Shown here: piece after piece, positions 10,672-22,138 of the stretch
How positions within the stretch are numbered: the stretch's first letter is position 1
Layout: the number at the start of each line of letters is the position of its first letter
From: Piedraia hortae CBS 480.64
Taxonomy: Eukaryota
Assembly (NCBI GenBank): GCA_010093745.1
Contig: MU005957.1
Location: 682,001 to 726,567 of the forward strand
Length of the DNA: 44,567 nt
Direction of reading: 5' to 3'
The notes under the pieces: model-generated
The model's input: only the letters and a program-made list of their open reading frames with translations
What the model was told of the DNA's origin: nothing
The model's database searches: none
Made by a program: the position numbers and the translations under genes

Positions 10672-12291
10672 CTACTCTTCAGCCGCGGAATATTGGCTAG
10701 AATCATCTGCCTGGGAAGATTCGTCCATCTCATCCATTGGCTCATCCAGGTCATCGATGTCAGCCAGCTCTGCGTCTGTCTGGCCGGTCTTATGTTTCGT
10801 CCAATTTTGCGGGTTGCCATATCGGTATGTTTTCATGTTGGTTAACAACTTCCTAACCAGGTTCGAGGCGTGAACATCCTCTTGGGAAACATTATCGACC
10901 AGGTGGGCAACACCCCGGTCCATAATATCCTCCGTTGCGGCCAAAACAAGGTGGTAGTCGCGCACAGTAGGTACCGTACCTGCTGTGATGTGACGAATTT
11001 TATCTTTCATTATGATGCGGGCCTTTGAAAGAGTTGATATTGGATACCAGCCAAGCTGGTAGACATCGCATTCTGAAAGGACCTGGGACGAGTGAAACAA
11101 ATCACGCAAAACAGGATCCGTAATGTCACAAACTTGCCAGGTTTTTCCATCCACTCCGACGTGGACGCCATCAAAAATGTGGCTTGTGGGCGATCGCTCG
11201 CTGACCTTGATCTTTCCGGCAGAGAGAAACGCCCTGTCTTTTCCTTTTGTCTGGAACATGAGAGCCTGGTAGGTGCGGTATTTCGGATCGGATCTGGGGT
11301 CAACCCCGTATTTGATCAGAGTGTCCCGGAAAGGACCGGACGAAAAGGTATATCCTACCCACTCAGATGCTTCAAGGACCATGCTTTTCGAGAACTCGTC
11401 GAGGGCGTTTGTTGCCACGCGCTGGGTTACAAGAGGGCGCTCCTGCATGAGTCGTTCCAACTGCTCAATGCATCTTTCTAATTGTTCCGTGTCCTGCCTG
11501 TGCGATCTTAGACCAGCGGCACGACACTGGGGCACGATCTCGATGTCGGCAGGCACAGGCAACACCAGCCGCTTCTGGACTTTATGCGAGTTCTCCGCAA
11601 TGGGGTTACCCTGCTCATCGTACCTGTATACCACATCATGTGCTTGCCGATATTCGTATCTGTGCGGCACGGATATGGCAGTGAGGGTTGGTGGCAGTGG
11701 AAATGTAGTTGCCTTAGTTGCACCGGGTGATAAATCCACCTTGAAGCTCTTGGCGGAGGCATAGGTCGGCTCCAAAAGATGCTGACTTACCTTTTGCATA
11801 ATTTCCATGTCATCACACCTCTGCTGGAAATCAGGTAAGCTGCGGAAGCGATGCGTCTCTGGAATTATGGCAACTGCTTGGTATTTGTAGGCATTTGGAC
11901 GGTTTTGCAAGCGTCGTACAAAATCTTGAGCTCTGATATCACCTGAAGCCGACTCACACACGGTAAAGACGTCATCAGTTCCTCTTTTACGCTTCCTGAC
12001 GGTGCATTTTGGGAGTGTAACTTTGACCAGAACATTACGGGTGCTGAGCCCCATGGACGAGAGCTTTTTGGCAAAGGGATCATCAGGTTTCAACGAAACG
12101 CCAGCTACAGGCTCGGTTTTCTGCTTGACCTGGCCATCGCCTACACGGTTCTCAAGCACGTGTTGAAGTTGCGGCTCCCCGCCCAGGGCGGTGAAGGCAT
12201 CATCAAAATTTTGCACACGTAGAGGCAGCTCGAGGCTAACGACGTTTTGGGAAGGTACGGCATAGGTTGGGGCCGGCGAATGATAGTCCAT
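10672..12291 (-). CDS. TFC1: RNA polymerase III transcription factor TFIIIC tau95 subunit
   Basis: VSLELPLRVQN...ALGG, THRFRSLPDFQ, YTFSSGPFRDTLIKYGVDPR and WQVCDITDP match the Tau95/Sfc1 family. Start taken at MDYH (12291); the upstream in-frame ATG at 12363 is an alternative. Confidence 0.85.
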   Translation of the reverse strand: MDYHSPAPTYAVPSQNVVSLELPLRVQNFDDAFTALGGEPQLQHVLENRVGDGQVKQKTEPVAGVSLKPDDPFAKKLSSMGLSTRNVLVKVTLPKCTVRKRKRGTDDVFTVCESASGDIRAQDFVRRLQNRPNAYKYQAVAIIPETHRFRSLPDFQQRCDDMEIMQKVSQHLLEPTYASAKSFKVDLSPGATKATTFPLPPTLTAISVPHRYEYRQAHDVVYRYDEQGNPIAENSHKVQKRLVLPVPADIEIVPQCRAAGLRSHRQDTEQLERCIEQLERLMQERPLVTQRVATNALDEFSKSMVLEASEWVGYTFSSGPFRDTLIKYGVDPRSDPKYRTYQALMFQTKGKDRAFLSAGKIKVSERSPTSHIFDGVHVGVDGKTWQVCDITDPVLRDLFHSSQVLSECDVYQLGWYPISTLSKARIIMKDKIRHITAGTVPTVRDYHLVLAATEDIMDRGVAHLVDNVSQEDVHASNLVRKLLTNMKTYRYGNPQNWTKHKTGQTDAELADIDDLDEPMDEMDESSQADDSSQYSAAEE

Positions 12292-12529
12292 TGCGGGATG
12301 GTGCGGGTGGTTGGACCAGGGGGAGTGTCGCCCCGCGTTGCCGAGCCTCTCAGCGTCACGCATTTGCACATTCCACCGGCGAAAACGCCGCTAGTAGACG
12401 TCACGCCGCGAATGGCAATCTAGGTCGCCAAGTTCGACCCCGACATTGCGCTCTCCGCGCCTGGAATCCTGGACTGCGGACCGCGACCGTCAGCGTCGCT
12501 GAAGACCAAGCTGGGGGGCCTTTAACACC

Positions 12530-14643
12530 ATGAAAGGCTTCAAACAACGCGTGGTAAGCAGCGGGAGGGGGTGAGGGGTAATACTGACAGGCGACAGCTC
12601 TCGAGGAATAAGGACCGCGACCGCGAAGTCAACAAGCTTGCCAAGAAGCGAGAGATAGCCACGGCGCACGACTCCGCCGGTGGCCCGTCTCCCGCCGGCT
12701 CTGCTCAGGGCACACCGACGTCGTCGACGTCCAACCTGGTCGAGCCGCGATCCAAGAACATCTCCAATGGCCCACTGCAGACCAGTGCCGGTGCCCCGCC
12801 GCCCGGCCCGTCGCCAGCCAATGCGCCATTTGCGCAGACCCAAGCCGCGCCACCTGGCCTGGCTGGAGCCGCCCGACCGGGGGCGATGCCAAGCGTTGTA
12901 GTGTCCCAAAACTCACTGGTAAGTCTGTCCATCACATGTATCGAAGCAGTGCTGAGAAGACAGCATGTACCGCCACCCGGAGCGGCGGAGACTATGCCGC
13001 ACGATCTGGCGCCGCCCAAGGCCGGTCAGAAGAGTCTTTTGTTTGATCGGCTGCATGCCGCGCCCAAGGACACGGTGCCAGAGGGCTTTCGAACGCCCAA
13101 GCGGCAGCACTCGTCCCGATTTGACATCTCAGACCAGCGGCAACGCGAGCTGGAGAAGCTCCCGGGCTTCCACGAAGTACCACCCAACCGCCGACAGGAG
13201 CTCTTCATGCAAAAACTGGACCAGTGCAACATCATTTTTGACTTCAACGATGCCACGGGCGACATGAAAAGCAAGGAGATCAAGCGGCTGGCGCTACACG
13301 AGCTGCTGGACTACGTCAATCAGAACCGCCAGGTCATCTCGGAGCCCATGTATGGACGCGTGGCCGAGATGTTCGCCAAGAACCTATTCCGGCCCATCCC
13401 GCCGCCTACGAACCCGCAGGGTGAGGCGTTCGACCCTGAGGAAGACGAGCCGGTGCTGGAGGTGGCATGGCCGCACATCCAGGTAGTTTACGACTTCTTC
13501 CTGCGCTTCATCGAGAGCCCAGACTTTAACACGAACCTGGCAAAACAGTACATTGACCACAGCTTCGTGTTGCAGCTGCTCGAACTGTTTGACTCTGAGG
13601 ATCCGCGGGAGCGTGACTTTCTGAAGACGACGCTGCACAGGATATACGGCAAGTTCCTCAACCTTCGTTCATTTATCCGCCGCAGCATCAACAACGTCTT
13701 CTTCCAGTTCATCTATGAGACTGAGCGCTTCAACGGTATAGCCGAGCTTCTCGAAATTCTCGGATCCATTATCAATGGCTTCGCTCTGCCCCTCAAGGAG
13801 GAACATAAGCTCTTCTTGACTCGTGTGCTGATTCCCTTGCACAAGGTCAAGAGCCTGAGCATGTACCATCCGCAGCTGGCCTATTGTATCGTTCAGTTTC
13901 TCGAAAAGGATGTTGAGTTGACCGAAGAAGTCGTCCTGGGCCTTCTACGTTACTGGCCCAAAGTCAATAGCACCAAAGAAGTCATGTTTTTGAACGAAGT
14001 TGAGGACATTTTTGAGGTCATGGATCCAGCCGAATTTACCAAAATCCACGAGCCGCTCTTCACGCAACTGGCAAAAAGTGTTTCGAGCCCGCACTTCCAA
14101 GTGGCTGAACGAGCCCTTTACTTCTGGAACAACGAGTACTTTTGCAACCTCGTCAGCGACAATGTCGATGTCATTCTACCCATCATGTTTGCACCTTTGT
14201 ATGAGAATTCTAAAGGACACTGGAACAGGTGAGCTTTCTTCATCTTCACTATTATTGATCTACCACTAATATACTCCAGAACGATTCACGGTATGGTCTA
14301 CAACGCAATGAAACTTTTCATGGAAGTCAGCCCTCAGCTATTTGACGAATGTTCGCACGACTACACTGAACAACAGAATAACGCCGAGGCGGTCAAGCGC
14401 AAACGCCAAGCCAGATGGGACCACGTCACCCGACTTGCTGAAGCGAACAAAACAGCCGTGGGTATGTCACGTAATCATCTCCCGATCAATACCAGCATCA
14501 ACGGGGGCATCGGCGCCAGTTACAGCGGTGGTGCAAGGATCCTGTCACCGCTTCCGGAAAACGAAATCAGCGAGGATAATTCACAGCAAATGGCAAATCT
14601 ACAGTTGCAGGATGAAAGAGGGGAAAGGGGCGTCGTTCGCTAG
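12530..14643 (+). CDS. RTS1: PP2A regulatory subunit B56 (B'), 4 exons
   Basis: Exon 1 encodes MKGFKQRV. Introns 12554-12597, 12919-12963 and 14229-14279. B56 motifs [28 protein letters not shown] and [14 protein letters not shown]. Confidence 0.95.
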
Positions 14644-14959
14644 ACGGAGACTCTCTTTTTTTTCTTCTTCTTTCCCCTTTCTGCCCTTTGTTGTCTGTGG
14701 GTTTCTCTATTGATGACGGTGTTTTTGTCGTTTTTGCTTTTGTAGAACTGAGGGCGAATATGTTCCATATTGACAATTTCAACCAAAATGTGTCTGCACT
14801 TCTTCATCTCCACCGGTAGGGAACATTAACATAGTCATACAAAGCGCAATAGTACACTTGAAACATCTTCGTATACACAACTCGCCGTAGCAAGACGATT
14901 ACGTCCTCCCCCCATCTTTTCTGTTTTATCTCTGCCTCTTTCCCAAGAGTTCTGTACGA

Positions 14960-16060
14960 TTAGGCTTTCCTAGATCTCGTAACGCGGACGTTGGGCGCAT
15001 TGCCCTGGGTATTGATCCCCGTGGTGGTTGCACGCATGGTCGACTGACCGCCAGAAAGCCTTCGCTGAATCTGCTTGACGTCAGGAAGGGGTTCGTCCTT
15101 CATTTCGACGAGAGCGCTGGTTGCGCGGGCACGGCCCTTGCGGACGGGTTTCTTGTAAGTCGAGATATAAAACCCGATGAAAAGGAAGAGGTAGCTGGTC
15201 AGTATGCCCATTCCGGCAAAGGCGGCGAATTCCTCACCAGCACAGACGCCAGCTGTGGGGAGCCAGGTGAAGCGCGTGGCGGTGAAGTACGAGTACGAGC
15301 AAAAGTAGACAAAGCCGAGATCGATGACGAATTGCGTGATTTGAAGCACAGTGATGTACTTCTTCCACCAGATTCTAATGCCGCGCGCTGCCTGGAAATA
15401 GTACCAGTACATGACCACGTGGACTGTGAGGTTGAGCACGATGGGGACCCAGGACACGGCCGTGTGGCCAAGAAGTTGGGTATAGCAGAGAAGAGCAGTG
15501 GCACCATGATGATATGTGTGCAGAAAAGTCAGAGGTTTCTTCTTGAGGAAGAGAAAGACGGTATCAAGCAGCTCGAGATACTTTGTCAGGTAGTTTAACT
15601 ACTATGTCAGCACCTGCCCGCCAGTGTGTGCTGAAATAGACGAGCTTACATAGTAGAGGACAACCAGTGGCTGGGTCCAGCCGCCTTCATACTCGCAAAC
15701 GGCGAAGAAGAGACCGTGGCGGGCAAGGGTAGGAACAAGCTGCTCCACAAACAAGGCCAGGAGGATACCGCTAATGGCTGTGAGGTAAAAGTTGTGGATT
15801 TTGAAGAAACCGTTCAGTTTCAAAGCTTGCCGATCCTTCATAATCTCACGCCCACCAAAGATGATGAGGTAGTAGGCAATTAGGGCAATGGCTGTCTCCT
15901 TCATCGTGGACATTGGCGTCTCTCCCTGCACAAATTGAAAGGCCTCTGCCTTCTTCCCCGTTACTAAGCCAAAGGCACGCGAGAAAATAGGCCATAGGTG
16001 GATGCCAAACGGCCGGTCGATACTGGGCCGACCGATCTCGAGCCATTCGGGAGAAGACAT
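14960..16060 (-). CDS. ELO2: Fatty acid elongase (GNS1/SUR4 family), 2 exons
   Basis: Intron 15599-15649 joins [15 protein letters not shown]. The HTYHH box, HVVMYWYYF and TVLQITQF motifs are present. Confidence 0.93.
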
Positions 16061-16421
16061 TGCAATTTGCAGGTGAGAGTGTTAGTAAGGGGGAGGTAGA
16101 GAGTAATTTTCTGGCTCCGGAACAGGTGGGGCTGGCGATGTTTTCTCCCAAACAGCAGCTAGTCCCTTCCTTGCAACATCTGCTTTTTGCTTTCAGATGA
16201 TCCAGATGGAGGAAGGAAAAAAAGAGATCGAGAACGGCGAGAGCGAATGGCGATCAACGAAACACAACGCGTCAAAGTATTTTGACAACTTGTCCCAATG
16301 AGGCAAACCCGGCCCGCGCCGTATATCACGTGATTGCGGAACCTGCCGGGAAGCCCTCCCGACAGCACCAACGAGCAACGAGTGAGAACACGACCTGACG
16401 CGCCTCTTGAATCGCTCTGCC

Positions 16422-16936
16422 ATGTCTTCGTTCGCGTTGGCCCGTGTAGCTCGGACAAGAGCCCTTCCTGTTGCTCGGCGGGCTTTCTTCACAACCAGCT
16501 TGCGCCGTACCTCGGGCCCCGAGCACGAAGAGACGTTCGAGGAGTTCTCCGCTCGGTATGCGCCTGCCCTGTCAATACTGCTCATGTCTAACTTTATAGG
16601 TACGAAAAGGAGTTTGACCAGGTCCAAGATGTTTTTGAGCTGCAGCGCAACCTCAACAATGCCTTTGCCTACGACCTTGTACCCTCGCCTTCCGTTATCA
16701 CCGCTGCACTGCGTGCGGCGCGAAGAGTTAACGATTACCCCACTGCTGTGAGGGTCTTTGAGGGTGCGTCTGAGGTCCTTGGAAGCTGAACTACGCTAAC
16801 AGACTCAGCTATCAAGGCCAAGGTGGAGAATAAGACCCAGTATGAACAATACGTTGAGGAGCTGAAGCCGGTTAGGGAAGAGCTTGGTGTCAACCTGGCT
16901 GAGACGCTGTACCCAGAAGGCGTTCCCCGTCCGTAA
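16422..16936 (+). CDS. COX6: Cytochrome c oxidase subunit VI (Va), 3 exons
   Basis: Arg-rich presequence, then EETFEEFSAR|YEKEFDQVQDVFELQRNLNNAFAYDLVPSP...AARRVNDYPTAVRVFE|AIKAKVEN. Introns 16556-16599 and 16764-16808. Confidence 0.95.
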
Positions 16937-17211
16937 GGTGTATGTTACCTCAGCTTGCCCGATGATGCTGTGGAGTAAGCCTGCGTCGCCCAGAGTATGT
17001 ATTGTACAGCGTTTTTGACATCATATTCAACAGAATGAAATCGCCTAGCGCATTTGATTCAACAAAAGGTCTTATGAAGAGAAATCATCTCCTTTCTATA
17101 TGGTTCAGCGTGTGAACTGTACTGCCACGTACTCGTCCTGCGTAAAATTGTGTCAACTCAGTATCAACACTCGCTACGAACAGACAGATGCTTAGGGTTC
17201 ATTGGCAACTT

Positions 17212-17859
17212 CTACGTAACAGGCGCGAGAAATCTCATGCTGTTATTAGCAAAGACACCGCCTTGCAGTTTGAGATGTCTCTGTACCGTCCTCTCTACTG
17301 AGTGCGTTGTCTGCCTGGGCTTACGCAACCCAGAAAAATTGGGTACCTGGATTCGCCGTTGCATTAATTCAATGCCCTTAACCTTGCGACCAAAGATCAG
17401 AAACCACTTTTCAGCTTCAGTGTCAAGCAGCCGCAGTTGTATACCCCAGTGTTTGGGTGCGAGTTTCCGTCGTATTGCACGGACGACACCCGTAACTACC
17501 TTGCCGCTGCTCAACCGTACGGACAGAGTATCACCTGTTCGAACGCGGTCGGGGTTTTTTGACGAGAAGAGGCTGGTTCGTGTCCCATCCGGATCGAGCT
17601 GCTTTAGTTGTGATTTGGTGGCTTCGGAATCGGGGTCTTGACACACATCCATCAATGTTTGATGTGGAGGAAACACGGGAACTTTCAAGCCTGTGACGTG
17701 TTAGGGCTATCATGTAAACTGCACATACATACCCTTCTCCGGTGGTGACTGCGGCCTAAAGCGCCCGTATATCGATTCTAGGGTCGGAGGTTGTGCAGTT
17801 TTGTAGCTTCTTCGCATGCTTGGCAAGAATCTTACGGTATCTACAACATGCCTGATCAT
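17212..17859 (-). CDS. IMG1: Mitochondrial ribosomal protein bL19m, 2 exons
   Basis: Presequence-like exon 1, intron 17691-17732 (GTATGT...CTAAC...CAG), then LDPDGTRTSLFS...RTGDTLSV...GVVRAIRRK...IQLR...IELMQR, which is bL19-like. Confidence 0.75.
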
Positions 17860-18302
17860 TGATGTGATTCTCACTGTCGCACAGCGGGCAAAGTTAGGTT
17901 GACAGATGCACCGATAGGATACTAAAAAGATGTCCGCCGTGATTGTGACCAATAGGAATATTCCGGTCAAGGGGGCTCACGTGCATCGGAGAATTTTCTA
18001 TTCTTACAATTTCCAGGTAATTGGAACCCAACCGACAACTGCATCTTCTCCATTTTCCGGTGTGCAGTCTTCCATTTTGAAGTCGGTGTGGTGAACTCGT
18101 CAGGTCTCTGTAGGACATACGCTGCTCATCAGTTTTGTATGGTGTCGCTCCTATGTGGTATTCTGTGGCTTATGTCAGCCTTAAAAGCTTCGTCATTTCC
18201 CCTCCCACAGAACTTTTTCGACTTTTTTCCCCCACAACAACACGCGCCCGGTACTGTAATAGCGTATCAGAGTCACGCACTCAAAGCGTTTCTACCGGCA
18301 AT

Positions 18303-18353
18303 ATTCCACGCCGCAAGAGCTCTTTTATACCACTCTCTGCTAGACCACCCTAA
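18303..18353 (+). promoter_or_regulatory. Candidate regulatory uORF (AUU start; (M)PRRKSSFIPLSARPP*) in the SPE2 leader
   Basis: ATT at 18303 with A at -3, open to CCA CCC TAA at 18345-18353, 121 nt before the SPE2 ATG. The same frame also has an ATG at 18153. Confidence 0.5.
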
Positions 18354-18384
18354 CACCGTTAACGCACTCAGCGTAGAAATTGTT

Positions 18385-18470
18385 GCTGGCGAAAGCCAGC
18401 CTCCACAGAACTAGCTGACAAGGGCCTATTCTCTCAAGCGGACGTTCGTTCGCTTGGGCAGATAGCGCTC
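18385..18470 (+). promoter_or_regulatory. Structured 5' leader of SPE2 (two hairpins; SDC-motif-like)
   Basis: Perfect GNRA hairpin GCTGGC-GAAA-GCCAGC at 18385-18400. An 11-bp stem CTCAAGCGGAC-GTTC-GTTCGCTTGGG at 18433-18458 (two G-U pairs) extends to 18422-18470. Confidence 0.6.
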
Positions 18471-18474
18471 CATT

Positions 18475-19818
18475 ATGATTGGCGGCTTCGAAACCCCGCC
18501 TCACTATGTCAATTCGCCCGCGTCGTCGACGGAGGCCCAAATCACGGCCAATACCGACCTCAACGCTACAGACTTGGACGAAAGCAATGCGTTTGAAGGA
18601 CCAGAAAAGCTCCTCGAAGTCTGGATGACGCCTTCGGATTGCGCTCTTCCCGCCTCAGCCTCGCCGCGGGGTTTAATGGCCGTCTCGCAAGAATCGTGGA
18701 AGGAAATGCTGGACCTCGTCCACTGCAAGATCTTGTCCGTGGTCCAGGCGCACAACATGGACGCCTACCTGCTGTCTGAGTCGAGCATGTTTGTCTATCC
18801 GCACAAGCTCGTGTTGAAGACTTGTGGCACTACGACTCTGCTACTTGGTCTCCCTCGCATGCTTGAGATCGCCGCCAAAGAAGCCGGCTTTCCGCACACA
18901 AGCGAGCTCGCTGGAGACATGATGGCTGCTGCTAATCCGTACCGCGTCTTCTACAGCCGCAAGAACTTTCTTTATCCGAACCAGCAAAAGGGCCCTCATC
19001 GCAGCTGGCACGACGAAGTGAGCTACATGGACGGCATGTTTGTTGGCGGCAGCGCCTATATGATAGGCAAGATGAACGGCGAACATTGGTATCTGTACAT
19101 TGCCGGGCCGCCTGTCCAGCTTACTCCGCCGACGACGCCAAAAGAGGGCCAAATGGGCACTCAGACCCAGTGTCTGGAGCTTCCAGGCGAGTCGTCTGAT
19201 CAGACGCTTGAAGTGTTAATGACCCATCTGGATGAGAAAAATGCCCGTCAGTTCACCGTCGAGGAGGCCAGACTCTTGAAGGACAATCCCGGTCAGACTA
19301 ACGGAAAGCACGTCATGGAAGGCCATGCCCTGGGCGCAGCTGTGACGGTCAACAGCGGCCTAGCCAATATTTATTCGTCATCCCAGTACCCCAAGGCCTG
19401 CGTCGACTCATATTTGTTTGAGCCATGCGGTTATTCTGCGAACGGCGTTGTTCCGGGTGAAGATGACAAATCCTGCACGCACTACTGGACCGTCCACGTC
19501 ACACCGGAGCCGCACTGTTCCTACGCGAGCTTTGAAACCAACGTCCCCATTCAAGCAGCCCGTGATGCGTCCAATTTGGTGGAAAATATCGTGGGTATCT
19601 TCAAGCCCGCACGATTCAGCATGACCCTCTTCGAGGCGCGTGGAGATGAGGAACACGGAATACTCCACCGGGACCAACAGATGGATCGTATCAAGGGCTA
19701 CAATCGCGTGGACAAGATTGTGCACGACCTCGATGGATATGTGCTTGTTTTCCGCTATTTTGAGAAGAATGGGTGGTTTGCTAATGGACATGGGGGTGTC
19801 AGACTGGGTGGTGTGTAG
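18475..19818 (+). CDS. SPE2: S-adenosylmethionine decarboxylase proenzyme
   Basis: AFEGPEKLLEVW, the pyruvoyl cleavage site YLLSESS, LKTCGTT, FEPCGYSAN and HVTPEPHCSYASFETN. Confidence 0.98.
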   Translation: MIGGFETPPHYVNSPASSTEAQITANTDLNATDLDESNAFEGPEKLLEVWMTPSDCALPASASPRGLMAVSQESWKEMLDLVHCKILSVVQAHNMDAYLLSESSMFVYPHKLVLKTCGTTTLLLGLPRMLEIAAKEAGFPHTSELAGDMMAAANPYRVFYSRKNFLYPNQQKGPHRSWHDEVSYMDGMFVGGSAYMIGKMNGEHWYLYIAGPPVQLTPPTTPKEGQMGTQTQCLELPGESSDQTLEVLMTHLDEKNARQFTVEEARLLKDNPGQTNGKHVMEGHALGAAVTVNSGLANIYSSSQYPKACVDSYLFEPCGYSANGVVPGEDDKSCTHYWTVHVTPEPHCSYASFETNVPIQAARDASNLVENIVGIFKPARFSMTLFEARGDEEHGILHRDQQMDRIKGYNRVDKIVHDLDGYVLVFRYFEKNGWFANGHGGVRLGGV

Positions 19819-19894
19819 CCAAGTAATTGCTAGCCAGCTATGATCTGCTATGTGTGTTTCAGACATTTTATTCAGACAACAGCTGCCTAACTTT

Positions 19895-21728
19895 CTAACT
19901 CAACTGACTGCTTGTATAGCCCTTGTCCAAGCCAAGAACAGACTGCACAACAGATAGCAAAGCATCTACGCAATCATCCCGCAATTTCATACTGCGCCAA
20001 CAGATTGTGCGATCGGGACGACATAGCACACAACCGTCCTCATCAACCTCACAAAGCAGAGTCCAGTCGTCCAAGAGCTCCTTCCAATCTTGAATCCAGC
20101 CGATGCTATATGCGTTGAATGGGAACCCAAGTCTCTCGCCCACTCCTCTAGCTGCATCCTTCCACGCCTCGCCCTCATACCCGTCAATATGCAAAACGCC
20201 CCGTGACCCGCAAGATCGTTGGTAGACCCCTTTTTCTTATTACTTATTCGAAGCCCTACTGAACAACTCTGCATGCGGCAGCCTGAAGCCGGGGAAAGTG
20301 CTGCGGTGGAGACGCATAACATAGTCGTCTGCAGGCCAATGGGGAGGCTCAGCCAGTTCATCCCGATGGATAACAGCCGAGGATTTATACCTCTGATTGA
20401 GATCGATGCCTATGGCTCCAAACTCGTGCCTCGAATGATCTAACCCTTCGCGGAGCTTCTCCCTCTGTTTCCGTCCAGCCTCGGACGGTGCTTTGAGCTG
20501 GTTGAACTGAGAGCGGCGCATCTCTACACCGTCGTACGCAATGCCCAGAGCCTCCCAAACTATGAAGTTTTCAGCGCCTGGTTTGGTTTGTAGACGGTTC
20601 CCACGCCAATGGGCTGGCGCTCGTCCGAGTACGAGTCCAGGAGCTTCGCATCTGCGAGTCCCTTCTCGACATATGCCACTTTCCATGCGAGGTTGTATGC
20701 ATCCTGGATGCAGGTGTGGCTTCCAAGGTCATTGGGCGGTGGGTGATGGTGCACTGCGTCTCCAAGATAGAAGACAAAATGACTACCATCGTCGTATCAC
20801 TCCACAGCTCCGCAGCAATATCGTTAATACGCCACTTGGATATATGCAAAAGTTTGACCGGGGTGGCTTCGTTCTCAATTCATTTTTAAATCTGCTTGGG
20901 CAGTACAGCGTGCGAGATCATCTCGACAAAGCTATCAGTCACCGAGGGAGGCATGATGATGGACATCCATTCATGCTACGGCTTGATCATCCGCACGACA
21001 GTAGTCCAAGTCCACATGGGACTATCCTCTGGCTGGATGATTCAATGCAGATTCCCACTTTATGTTTCATAAAGGAGAGATCAGCCTCGACAATCACAAT
21101 AATGGCGTGCCCCTGGCCCGGGTTCCGGATCAGAAGGATATCAAGCTGACGCACAATCCTCGAGCTTGCTCCACTACACCCAAACAAATACTTACTCTTA
21201 ATCACATACCTCTGCCCCGAAACCCCATCCACCACCTCCGCAAAAAAACGGGCCGGCCATCCCACTCCTTTCAAACTTCACAAACGTGGTATTAAACCAC
21301 ACCTTCCACCCCTACCCCGTCGCCTTGCGCACAAGGACCGATTCGAGAAGCGGCTGCGGCAGATCGACATACCCACAGGGACTAGCAGCAACATAGTCAC
21401 CCATTGTAGCAGGATAATTCGACCAGGCCTTAACCCAGACGTACTCTTCCCCTATCATATCATGACAGAACCTCACCACAGACATATACTCTTCAGGCGT
21501 CGCAACCTGAAGCACCGCTTCCTGAAGTCCGATGTCGCGGAAACACTTTATTGTAGCGGGGTTCGTGGCGTGCACTCTTGGGTCTTTGGCTGTGCCGTCC
21601 GCGGAGGAAATTATGATCCCCGCGAGGCCATGGCTGCTGAGGAAACAGGCGAGGGAAGCTCCCGCGGGCCCGCCGCCGACAATGAGGTAGGGTGTTTCCA
21701 CGGTGGGAACATGCTCCTCTTCCGCCAT
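19895..21728 (-). pseudogene. Decayed FAD-dependent aromatic monooxygenase (FAD_binding_3; 2,4-dichlorophenol hydroxylase-like)
   Basis: Collinear fragments LIVGGGPAG, DLPQPLLE, YLFGCSGASS, HHHPPPNDLGSHTCIQDAYNLAWK, LDSYSDERQP and GCVLCRPDR. They are broken by in-frame stops (TAG 21312-14, TGA 21042-44, TAG 20976-78) and several frameshifts, e.g. a T7 run near 21245. Confidence 0.88.
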
Positions 21729-22138
21729 ATCCTGAGAGCTGCGTCCCAGTGCCCAAAGAAGTCCATGTTATAGGCCTGTGGCTCGCACAAGGCTCCCAAT
21801 GGGAAATCTTTGGCGGTTCGTGAAGGTGGGTCTAAAATGCGGTTGTAACTATAGGTAATCCCTTCCTTCCCGCGCACCGCATTTGGTAACAAGTCACCGG
21901 AAAACCTCCCGGAGGATCTCGCTTGGCGGTGAGGATTCGTATTTGAGTCATTTCCCCCCATCTGCAGGTCTCTGGACGCTCGAAGATGATGCTATCTAAA
22001 GTGATCTACCCAAGGATTCGCAGGGTCGACGATCGCCGTTCCAACCTTTTATCATCCCACCAACCAGAAAAAAGAAAAAAAGAAAAAAAAATCGTAAACA
22101 TCACATACAAAACATACATCCCCCTAGACAGGTATAAC

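Noticed and set aside
2602..12291. TFIIIC subunit gene near a tRNA gene (and a 5S gene in the same window)
   Set aside because: Pol III genes are dispersed in these fungi, so proximity is expected by chance.
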